From Amoebophrya sp. A120 (lineage: Eukaryota > Protista > Dinoflagellata), in contig CAJINV010000002.1 in the NCBI GenBank assembly GCA_905178155.1, positions 3,911,838 to 3,975,837 of the forward strand: a DNA stretch of 64,000 bases. The letters are read 5' to 3'. The position numbers and the translations under genes are program-made. Below, piece by piece: positions 26,182 through 38,700 of the stretch. The notes beneath the pieces were generated by a model. The model searched no databases and was not told where the DNA came from. It saw only the letters and a program-made list of their open reading frames with translations. Numbering within the stretch: the first letter of the stretch is position 1; every line of letters begins with the position of its first letter.

Positions 26182-27379
26182 ACGTCGGGTGTAGTAATGC
26201 ACGAGTGGTTTTCCATCTCCCGCGCCAGGACCAGGAGGTTGCAGTGGATCATAGCGAATCAAGTCCTGGCCCGTCTTTGACCTGGTTCTTTTTTTTGTTG
26301 ATGAGAATATAGCCGAGTGATTTGATGTTATAACAGTGTAATCGGAATAAAATCCGAATCGGATCTGGCCACGAGCAGGAATTCAGTCCCATTGAGCTTC
26401 ATATTTTGAATCAGAACGTTCTAGTCATGATGATAGATAAATCCAGCAAGAGATCATGCCCAGTATTTCTGAGCAGGTAGGCCCAAACTAGATAAAGCTC
26501 GATTTGGACGAACCGTCAAATAATTTAACTTTAAGACAGGACGACCAAGCTGGCGACCGTCTTTGATCTTTCTGGATTCCGAGAAATCTTCAGAAGTTAT
26601 CCGGTGTTCAGCGCTTGTTTCTTAAGTACCCTTTTTTCAGTTCATATTTTGCAAGTACTAGGCACGGCTGCTGGAATTACAGTTACACAGACCAGATCTC
26701 GAGGATCTTCCCGTTTTGCATGCAATTCAGAACTACCTCGCGCCAGCACAAGGTCATCCCTTTTTTCGCAGATGAGGATCTTCTACGCCAGCGAGTTATA
26801 ACGAAAGTAGATCATCACGTTTGGTCCGACGATTCTGGTACTGAATTAGAGTCGAATCGGCAAGAAAAAGCACCGCAAGTTCCTCTTCCCTCCTGCCGTA
26901 GGACGAAGGTTCAGCAAAGGAAAAGGAGATCAGTCGAGATCGCTTATTTCAACATGTACTAGAGTTTACACATGCTTTCTTCAGAGCGCCTGTAGTCGGG
27001 ATCATTTTATTTCCACCGGCAGCTCCTTGCCGCCATTTTTTGCATATTGCTCTAGTAGTACCTAGCTTTTTCATTTTCTTGAACTCACTGGCGTGCGGCA
27101 CTAAACCCATTGTGGGGCGTCAGAAGTTTTCTTGTTATTTGAATTTTCGTCGACGACTTTTTCGATTTCGTTTTCAGCAGCGACAGGCACTAGCAAAACG
27201 CTAACGCGGAGAGTAGGTTGTAGCACCCATTTTTTTACACATGGAAGCAAGAGTCGTCAGGTAGGTAGTGACCACACTCCTCCGTGCCGTGCTGGTAAGT
27301 AAGTACCCTTTCATCTCACCATTGTTCCCCCTAATTATCGTTCCCTAGCGACAGACTTCACGACCCCTCTACAAAAAAA

Positions 27380-30300
27380 ATGGGCATCCTTGAGAAAATT
27401 GCCGAGATTGAGGCCGAAATGGCCCGCACCCAGAAAAACAAGGCGACAGAATACCATTTGGGGCTTCTCCGGGGGATATCAAATGCAAAAGTGTCTGGGT
27501 CTGGAAGAATGCGCGATTTGTCATGCAGCTTTTCCATGACCCATGAGGTCTGGAATGCAGGACCTAGCATGACAGATTCTGCGCGACCTCTCTCATGCCT
27601 ATCCTGCATGAGAAACTCCCTGGCGACTTGGTCAAAACTGGACGACTTTGGGTAATCATGCAACACAGATTTTTGCATGCTCCAGATTTAGCACGACAAG
27701 TTGCAGTCTTCCAGACCCAGACATTTTGACATTTGATAGGGGAAGCTCGCAAAGCTGAAGACCCAGCTCCTCGAACCCTCTAAATCCGGCGGCACGCACG
27801 CGGGCTTCGAAGTGGGGAGGTACGGAGACGCGCGGGTGGCGATCATGGGTTTTCCCTCGGTCGGAAAATCCTCCCTGCTCGCGGAGCTTACCGGGGTAAA
27901 GTCCGAGGTTGCCGCGTATCAACTGTAAAAATGTCTGGGTCTGGAAGAATTCACGTTTGTCATGCTTGTCTGGCATGACTCTTAAATCTGTCATGCATGT
28001 TACCCAAGAGCTCCGTTTTTCTGTGATGCAGAAGCGCAGTTTGTCATGCAGAATAGGCAACACCTAGGAGCTCAGAAACTTGCCATGCTGAGCCAGCATT
28101 TGTAGCGTCATCATGAGACGCCACCCAGCATCACAAGTTTCCAGACCCAGACATTTTTACAGTTGATACCGCGTACGAATTTACCACGTTGACCTGCATC
28201 CCCGGGGTGATTTACCACAACGACGCAAAGATCCAGCTGCTCGATCTTCCCGGAATCATCGACGGGGCGGCGCAGGGGCGGGGCCGCGGCAGGCAGGTGA
28301 TTTCCACGGCGAAGTCCGCGGATTTGATTCTAGTAGTGCTCTATCAAATGCAAAAAAGTCTGGGTCTGGGAAGTTGCGAGATTTGTCATGCTACTCCGGC
28401 ACGACTTTGAACTCTATGTTGCGTCACCGCAAGGAGCTCCTCTTGCCTGTCATGCAAAAACGCAGTTTCATCTCATGCGGAGTACGCAACTCAGAACCAA
28501 GGAAAAACTTGTCATGCTTGGCAGCGCATTACAGTGTCGTGTGCTCACTATTCCCTTCCTTGCATCACAAGCTTCCATACCCAGACATTTTTGCAGTTGA
28601 TATGCTCGATGCGACCAAGGACGACAGTCAGAAAAAGCGGTTAGAGGCGGAGATGGAATCCGTTGGCATTCGGTTGAACAAAACGCCGCCGAACATAAAG
28701 GTGACGAAGAAGCTATCTTTTGCAAGAACGTCCCCGTCCCCAGCCCGGAGTCAAGATGGCGACTGTGCTACAGAAAGCAGCAAGTTTTGGCTGTTGCGCA
28801 TGACAAGTTTGGGTCTCTGGTGTAGTCGTGGCTGGCTAGTGAAGCCACAACAGAAATGCAGCGCCTCATCCTGATTCGAGCATGACAAAGTCCCAGGCAG
28901 CATAAGAAAATCAAAATGCTCCTCATGGGGTTGCGCATGAGAAACATTTTAGGGATGCCATTTTGCATGACAACTCCGGGCTGGGGGCGTTTTTGCACAG
29001 GATAGAAGCCGGCCGGGGGGGTCCGGATCAACGCCAGTTGCAAGCTATCCTGTGCAAAAGTATCGTACTCGTATCGCAATCATGCATTACAAATTTTTTT
29101 CTAAAGGTAAATCCACATTACAAATTTTATTTCTCATGCTGAGGAAATTTGTAATGCATTTATACGAGTACGATACTTTTGCAATCCATACAAGCGGAGT
29201 CAGCTTATGCATGGCAAATATTGGTCTGGGTCTGGACGACCTGCAGGGAAGCAGACATTTGGCATGCAGTTTTTGCATCTGCAAGAAAGATTGGAATGTG
29301 CACAGAGCATGACAAACTCTGGGACACCAGCTCTTCTAAGCCGGGTCTGCATGAGAAATCGACCCACTCCGGGACAGGCAGAAATCGGATAAGTATCTTT
29401 TGCTGACTCTCCAACACAGATTTTCGCCCGTTCCAGAATCCGCATTACAAGTTTGCGCCCTTCCAGAGGACCCAGACATAATATTGCATTGCATAAAGCT
29501 CGACGATAAGTTGATCGAGGGACTGTTGCGGGAATACAGAATATTCAATGCGGATGTGATCATAAGGGAGGACGCTAGTGCAGAGGATTTTATCGACGTT
29601 TTGGAGGGAAATCGGAAATACGTATTTTACATTTTTGTTGAAGCTCACCTGATTTTTACCCCACGATTTTTTTGTCATGCGCGGCTAGATCGATGAGGAT
29701 TCGACTTTCACTTTCTCATGCCCATATGCTGCGTACTGATACATAGTACAACACTTCTACGAAACAAAAACTTCTATCAAAGGTCCGGTGTGTCTATTGT
29801 TACAACAAAATCGACATGCTCTCCGTCGAGCAGATAGAGGCCTTGGCCCGGCTCCCGCACTCGCACGTAATGAGCTGTAATTTGAAGCTCAACCTCGACC
29901 GACTGAAGGATAGAATATGGGAGGAATTGAGTATGGTCCGGGTGTACACGAAAAAGAAGGGGCAATTTCCGGAATTCAGCAACCCGCTTGTGATAACACC
30001 ACAAAGAGGAACGAAAGAATGCAATGTGGAAAACGCGGTATGATACATAGTTTTTGACAAGATGAGGAGTTCTTTATCTCCTGTACTATTTTCATGAACT
30101 CGTTTTTCTATATAGAACTGTCGGACAGTGAAGATGCAAGTATTTATCAGGACTACATCACTGCGTCAGCATGACGAAGAAGTTGCAGAGCCTCTAAAAA
30201 CAGCACACCTCTTATGCATGATCAAAAGCACGCTCACGCATGAAAATGACATTGAAATTGATAATCAACGGACCAAACATCAACTAACGGTACGTACATT

Positions 30301-31129
30301 ATCTATCACAGGTGACTCTCCTGCACAAAGACCTCCTTAACGATTTCAAGTGCGCGTTAGTATGGGGAACGTCAGTGAAGTCCAGTCCGGCCACCGCAGT
30401 ATCACATGCAAATATGTCATCTGGGAGCTGGAAACTTGTGAAGTAAGTAGATGCGGAGTTGATGTAAATGACTGGAACATGTTTAGTTGTGTAGTGGCAG
30501 CCAACAAGCATCAGAAGTTTTTTGCGCGCTCTCTTAAGCCTACGCTGTATCTATGATGTGTCAACTGACACGTCGAGAAGGGGCACTTGTGTCGGTCCTG
30601 TTCCAGGAGTGCTAGATGAAAAGCTGGCATGACCACGAGCTTCCACTTATTTTCCAGATCGCCAGACCTATTTGCAACTTGCATATCCCGGGCTGAAGCA
30701 CTATTTGCAGGACGAGGACGTGATCCAAATCCAGAAGCTCACCGCGGCGGAAAAGCAGAAGAAAATGCACGGGAAAAAAACCGGGACCACAGAGGCCGGC
30801 ACGGGGAATTTGATAGACCCGAAAAAATATCAAGTGCAAAAGTGTCTGGGTCTGGAAGAGTGCATGTTTGTCATGCTCGTCTGGCATGACTCTTAAATCT
30901 GTCATGCACGTGACCCAAGAGCTCCATTTTTCTGTGATGATGCAGAAACGCGGTCTCTCATGCAGAATAGGCAACACCTAGAAGCTCAGCAACTTGTCAT
31001 GCTGAGCCAGCATTTGTGGCCTCATCATGAGACGCCACCCAGCATCACAAGTTTCCAGACCCAGACATTTTTACACTTGATAAAAAACAGCTAGAGAAGA
31101 AGCAGAATAAAACAGGGCCGAGAAGTTGA
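27380..31129 (+). CDS. DRG2: Developmentally regulated GTP-binding protein (DRG2/Rbg2-like, OBG family, C-terminal TGS)
   Basis: Rebuilt sequence [86 protein letters not shown]. Introners 27477-27738 (gggga), 27917-28168 (ccgcg), 28342-28602 (tgctc), 28714-29004 (gaagc), 29046-29190 (caagc), 29206-29495, 30400-30685, 30828-31082 (aaaaa); GT-AG introns 29622-29782 and 30038-30311; stop TGA 31127-31129. Confidence 0.93.
27477..27738. mobile_element. Introner, dominant family A (TIR TATCAAATGCAAAAATGTCTGGGTCTGGAA), about 250-290 bp
   Basis: TSD gggga/gggga. About 40 relatives in the window; near-identical copies at 15539 and 36430; variant start TATGCATTGCAAATATGTCTGGG. Confidence 0.92.
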
Positions 31130-32799
31130 TGAGCCGTACTGCTGGTGTGAGAAGTTGTTGTAAGTAAGTACTACTGGGAGGTCGGCGTGGTCGAGGTCGT
31201 CGGCCTGAGGTGACGAAATTGGAAAACGATGAAATTGTGAACCATTTTCATTTTTTCCTGTGTGATCTTCATGGACATTAACCGAGACGACGCAGAGCCG
31301 AGCTTCATCCTTCTGCTGTGAACTATGTGTAAAAAGTCGTACTATCATTGTGTACATCGTCAACTCACGACGCACCATGGTCCAGCATCGCATGATTAGG
31401 GGCGCGCAACCTCGTCATGAAGCTTCTGGGTAAAAACAGTAGAGATGTTGATACAACTTGAGTAGTTTGAATCTGTTCTACTTGTGCAGTTCCCTGACGG
31501 TCGTGTAAGGAGGTGTCCTCGTGCCAGGAGGTGGTAGCACGTACTACTGGTACAACAGGTTTTAGTGACAGGCACGACTTTGATGATGCCATTTCTAGTT
31601 GAAAACTTATCTGTCGATATTAGGCGGTCCGTCGATCAGTACGGGCCCCCGTCCGATAGATTCAATTGTCCAATTCTATATCTAATGAAGAATTAGAATG
31701 TCCATGTCGGTCGTTGTTGCTGTACCAATCGGACTTGCATCTTCTCGGTTTGTTAACTGAAAATGATTCATGCTGTTGCTGATTTATCAGGTCAATTTCG
31801 GTGCCTGAATAATTAAAGAAGATGAATACTCGTGGTGCGGCAGCGGCGTGGTCTGGTTCTAGATTTCTGAATCATGATGTCGGTTGCGGTTTTCCTCAAC
31901 AAGAATCCAATCGGTTCTTGATGTTCGACTCCAATCGGTAATAGCGGGCCGATAGAAGTTGTACTCCGACTTATAGTCAACATATTGGCGTCATGTTTTG
32001 TCGGATCCCACGACGCTAGCATTGCTCTAGTACTCTGATCGGTGGAAGATGAAACTGCTTATAATTATGTGAGTCCCAAAAGTGCCAGCATGTTGATTTT
32101 TGGCATCTTCATCGACTTCGAGTATCACAATCATTAATCGCAATAATTATGGGGCACCAGCAGGCGTCTTCAGATGTTCCCGAAAACTTTTCTCGCGAAA
32201 TCAAGGTATAATTATTCCCCACAACTGTACTAAAAAAAAATACTACTAATTATCCTGCAATAAGATAGATCTTCTTCTCACAGTACATACAACCAACAGA
32301 CATAAAAAAATTGAAAATAATATGGGTCCTCAGGGTCGTGGTTACACTTACAATCGCGCAAGCCGGGTGGTCGTTTGCGTGGTCTTCTACGCGACATTGG
32401 GACCGCGCCCTCACTGGGCAACAAGTCTTTTGTCGTCTCGTGAACACCACAAGCACGGGGCGTGCGAGGGTACAACTTGCAACGCCGCGTGTACACATAC
32501 TAGAATATGTCAGAAGCAGGTCGCGCTCACGCAGTTGGTTTTGGACCCGATCTTTGGAGGAACTACCGTATGATTCACAAAAAAAGAGGACCCATCTTCC
32601 CTATCTTCCAAGTTGTTGTGCAAAACATGCATATACGAAAGTCCTGTGTCGCTGTTGTGTGTGATGCAAAAAATGATGGATGGGGAGTCTGTTTTTTTTT
32701 TTCTGTGGATACTTATTACGCCGCGGATGTGTTCGCACGCGAAGATGAGCTACAGGGTCAAGAAAAAAACGGAACAAATGCTGTTGGTGCTTCGAACAA

Positions 32800-35700
32800 G
32801 AGGATGAACAGCACGACTTCTCCCAGTATTGCAGCGACGCTAGACGCAATGAGCTGGAGCGGCGTGTTGATGCCGGAGAAGCTTTCGCTCGCCTCCGGTC
32901 ACTATCAACTGCAAATATGTCTTGGTCGGGAAAGAATGAGATTTGTGTTGCTTTCTGTCGATCACACAAAAATGTGTATTCTTGCAAGAGAGGCAAAAGT
33001 AGACACTCAGATTCTTGCCACCCGGAGAGGGCACTTCTCATGCTGGATAGGTATGAGAAAAGCTTTGCGAAAGCTGTGATGCTACAGCATGCATCACAGG
33101 CATCGGGAGCCATGTACAATTTGCATGACAAACTCCCCAAACTTTGTTCCAAGCCCAGACACTTTTTGCCATGCATAGTCACCTTGCGCCAGGCGGTCAT
33201 TGCTTGTTCACAAGGGCGGCCGGCGGAACGAAGATCCTGGCAGGCGGGCGCACCGTATCGTAAGGAAAAATCCCCCCTCTCCATATCGAAAAGGCACGCC
33301 TCAGAGAATTTGTCATGCTGATTTGTGACGACCTCGACCACAAATCGCGTCTGTCTTGCAAGAAAGCAACGGCATTGGCTTCGCTCCATTATGCAGGCGG
33401 TTGGTAGAAATGTTGTTGGGCCTACAGCATAGACGTTCCGCATGCTAAGCGCCTAGGCCAAAGCCTCATCCCTACATTGACATGATATGGGCCTGCGGTC
33501 CTCTACTGCAAGACAAATCCGATCTGTGCACGCAAATCCAGCATGAGAAGTTTTGTTTTGATGTGCTGGGGAGGAGGGATTTTTCATTTTGATACACCGA
33601 ACGCGTTGTCGGGACTTGGGAAACTGGGTTTTCTGTGCCGAGACTTTGCAATGGTGATCAGAGTATGCATTGCAAATTATATGTCTGGGTCTGGAAACTT
33701 GTGATGCTAATTTATGAATTGTGGGGACACTACAATAAGCAGCCACGCATGACAAGTTTCTGGGCTCCTATGTGTTTCGCTTTCCGCATGACAAACTACA
33801 TTTTTCTTGCAAGACAGGCAAGAGGGTCTTTTCCTGCTCACGCATTACAGGTTCAAGAGTCAACATGTGAGACAAACATGACAAACCTGCATTCTTCCAG
33901 ACCCAGACATATTTGCATCTGCTTACTCGCGCTACGCGAGGGAGTTTGATGTGATTGAACGTGCGGTATTCCAATGAAAAATGCCCACACCCCTGAACTT
34001 GGGAGCATTTGTATTGCAAACCTTTCCAAGTGAAACACTCGCCTTCTTGCATATCTTAGCATCACATGCTGAATAGGTCAAATTTGTGTTGCAAAGAAGC
34101 TCAACAGTAGCCGGGTCTGTTATGCAAAAGATGCCTTGCGCACCTAGATTCTGCATCAGAAAGGCTCATAGTCCTGTCATGCAAGACAAAGATCTTGCTC
34201 TTGCATTTGGAAACTTTGCATGAGAAACTTTTGCGAATCCGAATTCCGGGGTGGGGGCATTTTTCATTGGAATACGCGGTCCTCATGAAGAAGCAGACTA
34301 TTCCACCTGCGGCTCCTCACGAACTGCGCGTTGCCGGAACAACAAGCACGGAAACGAATGAAAGGAACGAACCCAATATTGAAAGGAAAAATCTCCCCTC
34401 CCCATATCGAAAAGGTTTGTTTCCGAAAATTTGTGTTGCTGATTTGAGACCACAAATCATGTCTGTCTTGCAAGAAGACCAGTGCAGCCGGTTCCGCGCC
34501 ATTATGGAAGTGATTTGGCATGCTGTTGGGCCTAGGGGACAGCCGTTTGCAATGCTGAACAACAAGACCCAAACGCCCCCGCCTAGGCTGCGGATCTGGC
34601 TGCGAAGCCTTACTGCAAGACTGCGCGCATTTGTGTGCAGAAATCCAGCATCAGAAACTTCGTCTCGATATGGGGAGGGGGGATTTTTCCGTACGATACC
34701 CAACAAAAAACGTCTACCCGGTGTGGCCTACTTGCTGCTGACGGGCGACGGGGAAGCCTTTGACCAAGCGGCCCTGTGGCGGCAGTACTTCCGAACGTGT
34801 GACCCCACCCGTGCCACGGCCAATCTGTACGTGCACACCTACAAAAAAACGTTTGACCCCGAAACCCTGACGGTGAGCGGCGCTGTGGATGAGAAGGCAA
34901 AAGCCTGGAAAAACCTGTTCGACACCGAACCGGGGCTCGGGTCGGTCCACTTTGTTCCCCGCATCCACACCGCGTGGGGCGAGCTGGTGCCGGTCATGTG
35001 GTGGCTGGTTGTGAATGCATTGCAAGAGGACCACGGCGGCGGTAAAAACGAACAGTTTGTCTTTCTCAGCGAGGGACACGTACCACTGAAAAACTGCACA
35101 TTCGTGCACGAGGTATCGCAAGAAAAAACTGTTTCACTGTGAACTTGTGATGCAGAGATGAACGAAGCACCAAGGTGTTTGTCTTGCTACACCTGCATAG
35201 AGCATTGGAGTTCCAGCCGTGTTTTCCCCTATGGGAAATGCGCGCATGGCAAGTTTTCCGCGCCATGTGTAGCAAACTTGTGATGCAGATATTGCACAAT
35301 CATCACAGTGAAACAGTTTTTCGTGGGATACGAGGAATTGCTGGAACAACGAGAAAAAAAAGCGGCATTCGGCCTGAAAAAACAAAAGCAAGAGCAGGAA
35401 CTGCAAGCGCAATCAGGATCAGCTTTGCAGTATCCTGAGTAAAAATGTCCCCACACCAGAGTCAAGATTGGAAATCCGCTAGACAAATCAGCCACCTCTG
35501 GTTGTTTCGCATGACAAGCTCCTTATCCTCGTAGTGTAATCCTGTTTAGCTAGTTGCGAAGCGTCACAGATGTAGAATATCATGCTGAGTCTAGCATCAC
35601 AAATTCCAAAACAGGATTAGAAAATGGCTCTCATGGTTCTCCGCATGAGAAACTTTTTTGGCATGCACATTTGCAGGACAACTCTGGGGTGGGGACATTT

Positions 35701-38700
35701 TTACTCAGGATATGCAGCAAGCGTCGAAAAGCGGGTTCCTGGAAGCGGACCAGCACGGCCCGGGCCGCGGGGGGGAGACGTTGGCCAAAAATTCATCTTC
35801 CGCGTCCGCAACCGGAACCGGAACTGGACCCGTATGCATTGCAAAAGTATCGTACTCGTAGTAATTGCAGTCCTGCATGGCAAATCTGATTGTGATTCCA
35901 TAGCTCATTCACCATTACAAATACCATTTTTCCTTCTGGAAAAATTTGTAATGCTATTTAAACTATAACTAGTACGATACTTCTTGTGCAATGCATAACC
36001 CGCCCGTAATGACGATGTTGATCTGAAGGAAGTTGACGAGGAACCGCAGGTATCAAATGCAAAAACGTCTGGGTCTGGAAGATTCTGAGACTTGTCATGC
36101 ATGTTTTGCATGACCCAGGATTGTGTGTGATGCATGCCCTACCATCACAGACTTTTGGAGCCCTTCCTGATGCCTACTGCGCATGACAAACGCGCTCCCC
36201 GCGTAGCACGAACTAGACTCCTCTTGCTGGTCATGCAATACAGAATTTTTTAGAGTCCAGAGTTAGCATCACAAGTTCCAACCTTCCAGACCCAGACACT
36301 TTTGCATTTGATAACAGGTCGAAGAAGTTTCAAGGACCAGCAGCAAAGTGTGCATGGTGCCCGAGCAAGCGGTTGAGACGATGGATCCCGGCACGGAGAG
36401 TGGCTGCATATTTGTGCAGTCGCTCGAGTTATCAAATGTAAAAATGTCTGGGTCTGGAAGAATGCGCGATTTGTCATGCAGCTTTTCCATGACCCATGAG
36501 GTCTGGAATGCAGGACCTAGGATGACAGATTCTTTGCGATCTCTCTCATGCCTATCCTGCATGACAAACTCCCTCCCGACTTGGTCAAAACTGGACGACT
36601 TTTGAGAATCATGCAACACAGCTTTTTGCATGCTTGAGATTTAGCATGACAAGTTGCAATCTTCCAGACCCAGACATTTTTACATTTGATACGAGTCCCA
36701 AGTGCCGCGCCATCACCAGTGGGGCACGTTGTCGCGCCCGGACGCGGAACTTTTCAAGAAGTACATCTTGCTGGGCTTAAACCTGTACTTCGCAAACTTG
36801 GTGCATCAAAAGGTATTACAAATCATGCATACTTGCATTGCCTTGGCATAGGAAGTATTTTGTTTGCTGTGCTAGTATATTGCAAGCAATTCGTGTTCAG
36901 CGCCAGGTCGTTGAAAGCAATGCGCCTCCAAGAGAAGGGGTCGCCCAGCAGCTGCCACACTCTAGCCTTTCGGAATTGCGTTCCCAAGGTTTGCCGGAAA
37001 TCCTGGGAGCACATTTCGGCAAGGCCCCCACGTCGGCTTTGTGCTCTGGCCGGCAGTAGGTCTGAAGTCCTCGCGAAAAATCATCCGACGTCGGGGAGAT
37101 AAAGAAATGCGCCCCTGGGATTTTCGCCGCGTCGAGACCTGGGATCATAGTTCTGCAAAGCCCCCTCGTAAGATGATGTTGCGCGGGTTTTTCTGTGTTT
37201 CAAGGTCAGAACACAAACTCGAGTAGCACTCTCGTGCTCTGGCTTGCAGAACTGTGCTCCTAAGATTTGCTGACATCGAACTCAAGTCCGATTTGTGGTT
37301 TGATCGGCAATGCCTACGCAGGTGAGTTACAGATATTGGCTCGCAGGATTTCCGCCGCATCGCGAAATTCTTGACGCAGCGAAGATCCTCGGAAATAATT
37401 TCTGTAAGTTACTTACCTGCGTAAGATTTGTCTTCTCACTGGTAATACCGATCTGGGCACAAATCTTATGCAGGAAACTTACAGAGATTAGTTCCCGGGA
37501 TTTGCGTGCTGCGTCTCCAATCGCCTCACTTGGACACGAGGATCATCAGTGTGTCCAAGTGTGGCGAGATCCGAGATCAGGGTGTCCAAGTGTGTCCAAG
37601 TGTGTCCAAGCTCACATCCGAGAACTTCGCGGATGTGAGCTGTCAGAGAACTTTCACACGCAAAGTGCCAAAGTTTGCCCCCCTGCTCGTGAAAGTTCGA
37701 TCCACGTGTCCGAACGAGGCGATTGTAGAAAAAAAGCGGAAATCCTGGGAACCAATTTCTGTAAGTCGCGTGCGTAGGATTTGCACTCAGGTCGCGATTA
37801 CCGGTCGAAACGCAGATCCTACGCAACCTACTTACTTACAGAAATTAGTTCCCAGGATCCCACATCCGAGAATTCCTCGGATGTCAGCTCCCATCCGGGA
37901 AGTTCGCGGAAGTGAGCTGCCAGAGACCTTTCACACGCAAAGGGCCGAACTTTGGCGCCCTGCTCGTGAAAGTTCGATCCGCGTGTCCAAATGAGGTGAC
38001 TGCAGAAAAAACACGGAAATCCTGGGAACTAATTGCTGTAAGTCGCGTGCGTAGGGCGTGTAGTCAGACCGGGACTACCGGTCGAAACGTAGAGCCTGCG
38101 CACCTGCTTCAAAATTTTTGAAAACCGAAGCTTTTAGGAACTGCTCTGGGAACTAATTTCTGAAAGCTCTAACTTAAACCTGTACTTCGCAAACTTGGTG
38201 CATCAAAAGGTGGGCACCACCACGTACGACGCGGCCAACATTGGCGCGAGCGATGAATTCATTTTCGGTTCCACCCTGCTGATCGCGAACATGATTCAGC
38301 AGAGAAAAACCTTCGAGTCCTTCTACAACGTGTCCGAGACGTATGGATGTTGTGTGAGGATTGAAATCGACAAAGTTGAAATTATAACTTGTAATTCATA
38401 AAGTGAATGAAAGTTGTAACCCAGATTTTTCCAAGTGGCGCATGACAAATTTGGTTAGATCCGAAATCCAGTTTGTCATGCTGTTTGGGTCGTAAGGAAG
38501 ACGCCTTTTGTCATGCTACTTTCGCGGCTCAGTTTCTACCCCTCAACAGGCTTACAATCTGCCTCACTTGCCTACTCTGCAAGACAGGCGCTTTGTGGGC
38601 TGCATTTCATGCATGACAAACTATTTCAACTTTAACGATTTCAATCCTGACACTTCCATAATACGAACGCGAAAGCCGGAGTCGTGCAGGTCTCTTCGCG

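Noticed and set aside
27477-31082. All introners spliced canonically using G|TAT as a GT donor
   Set aside because: Many TSDs do not end in G and most offer no matching AG in register
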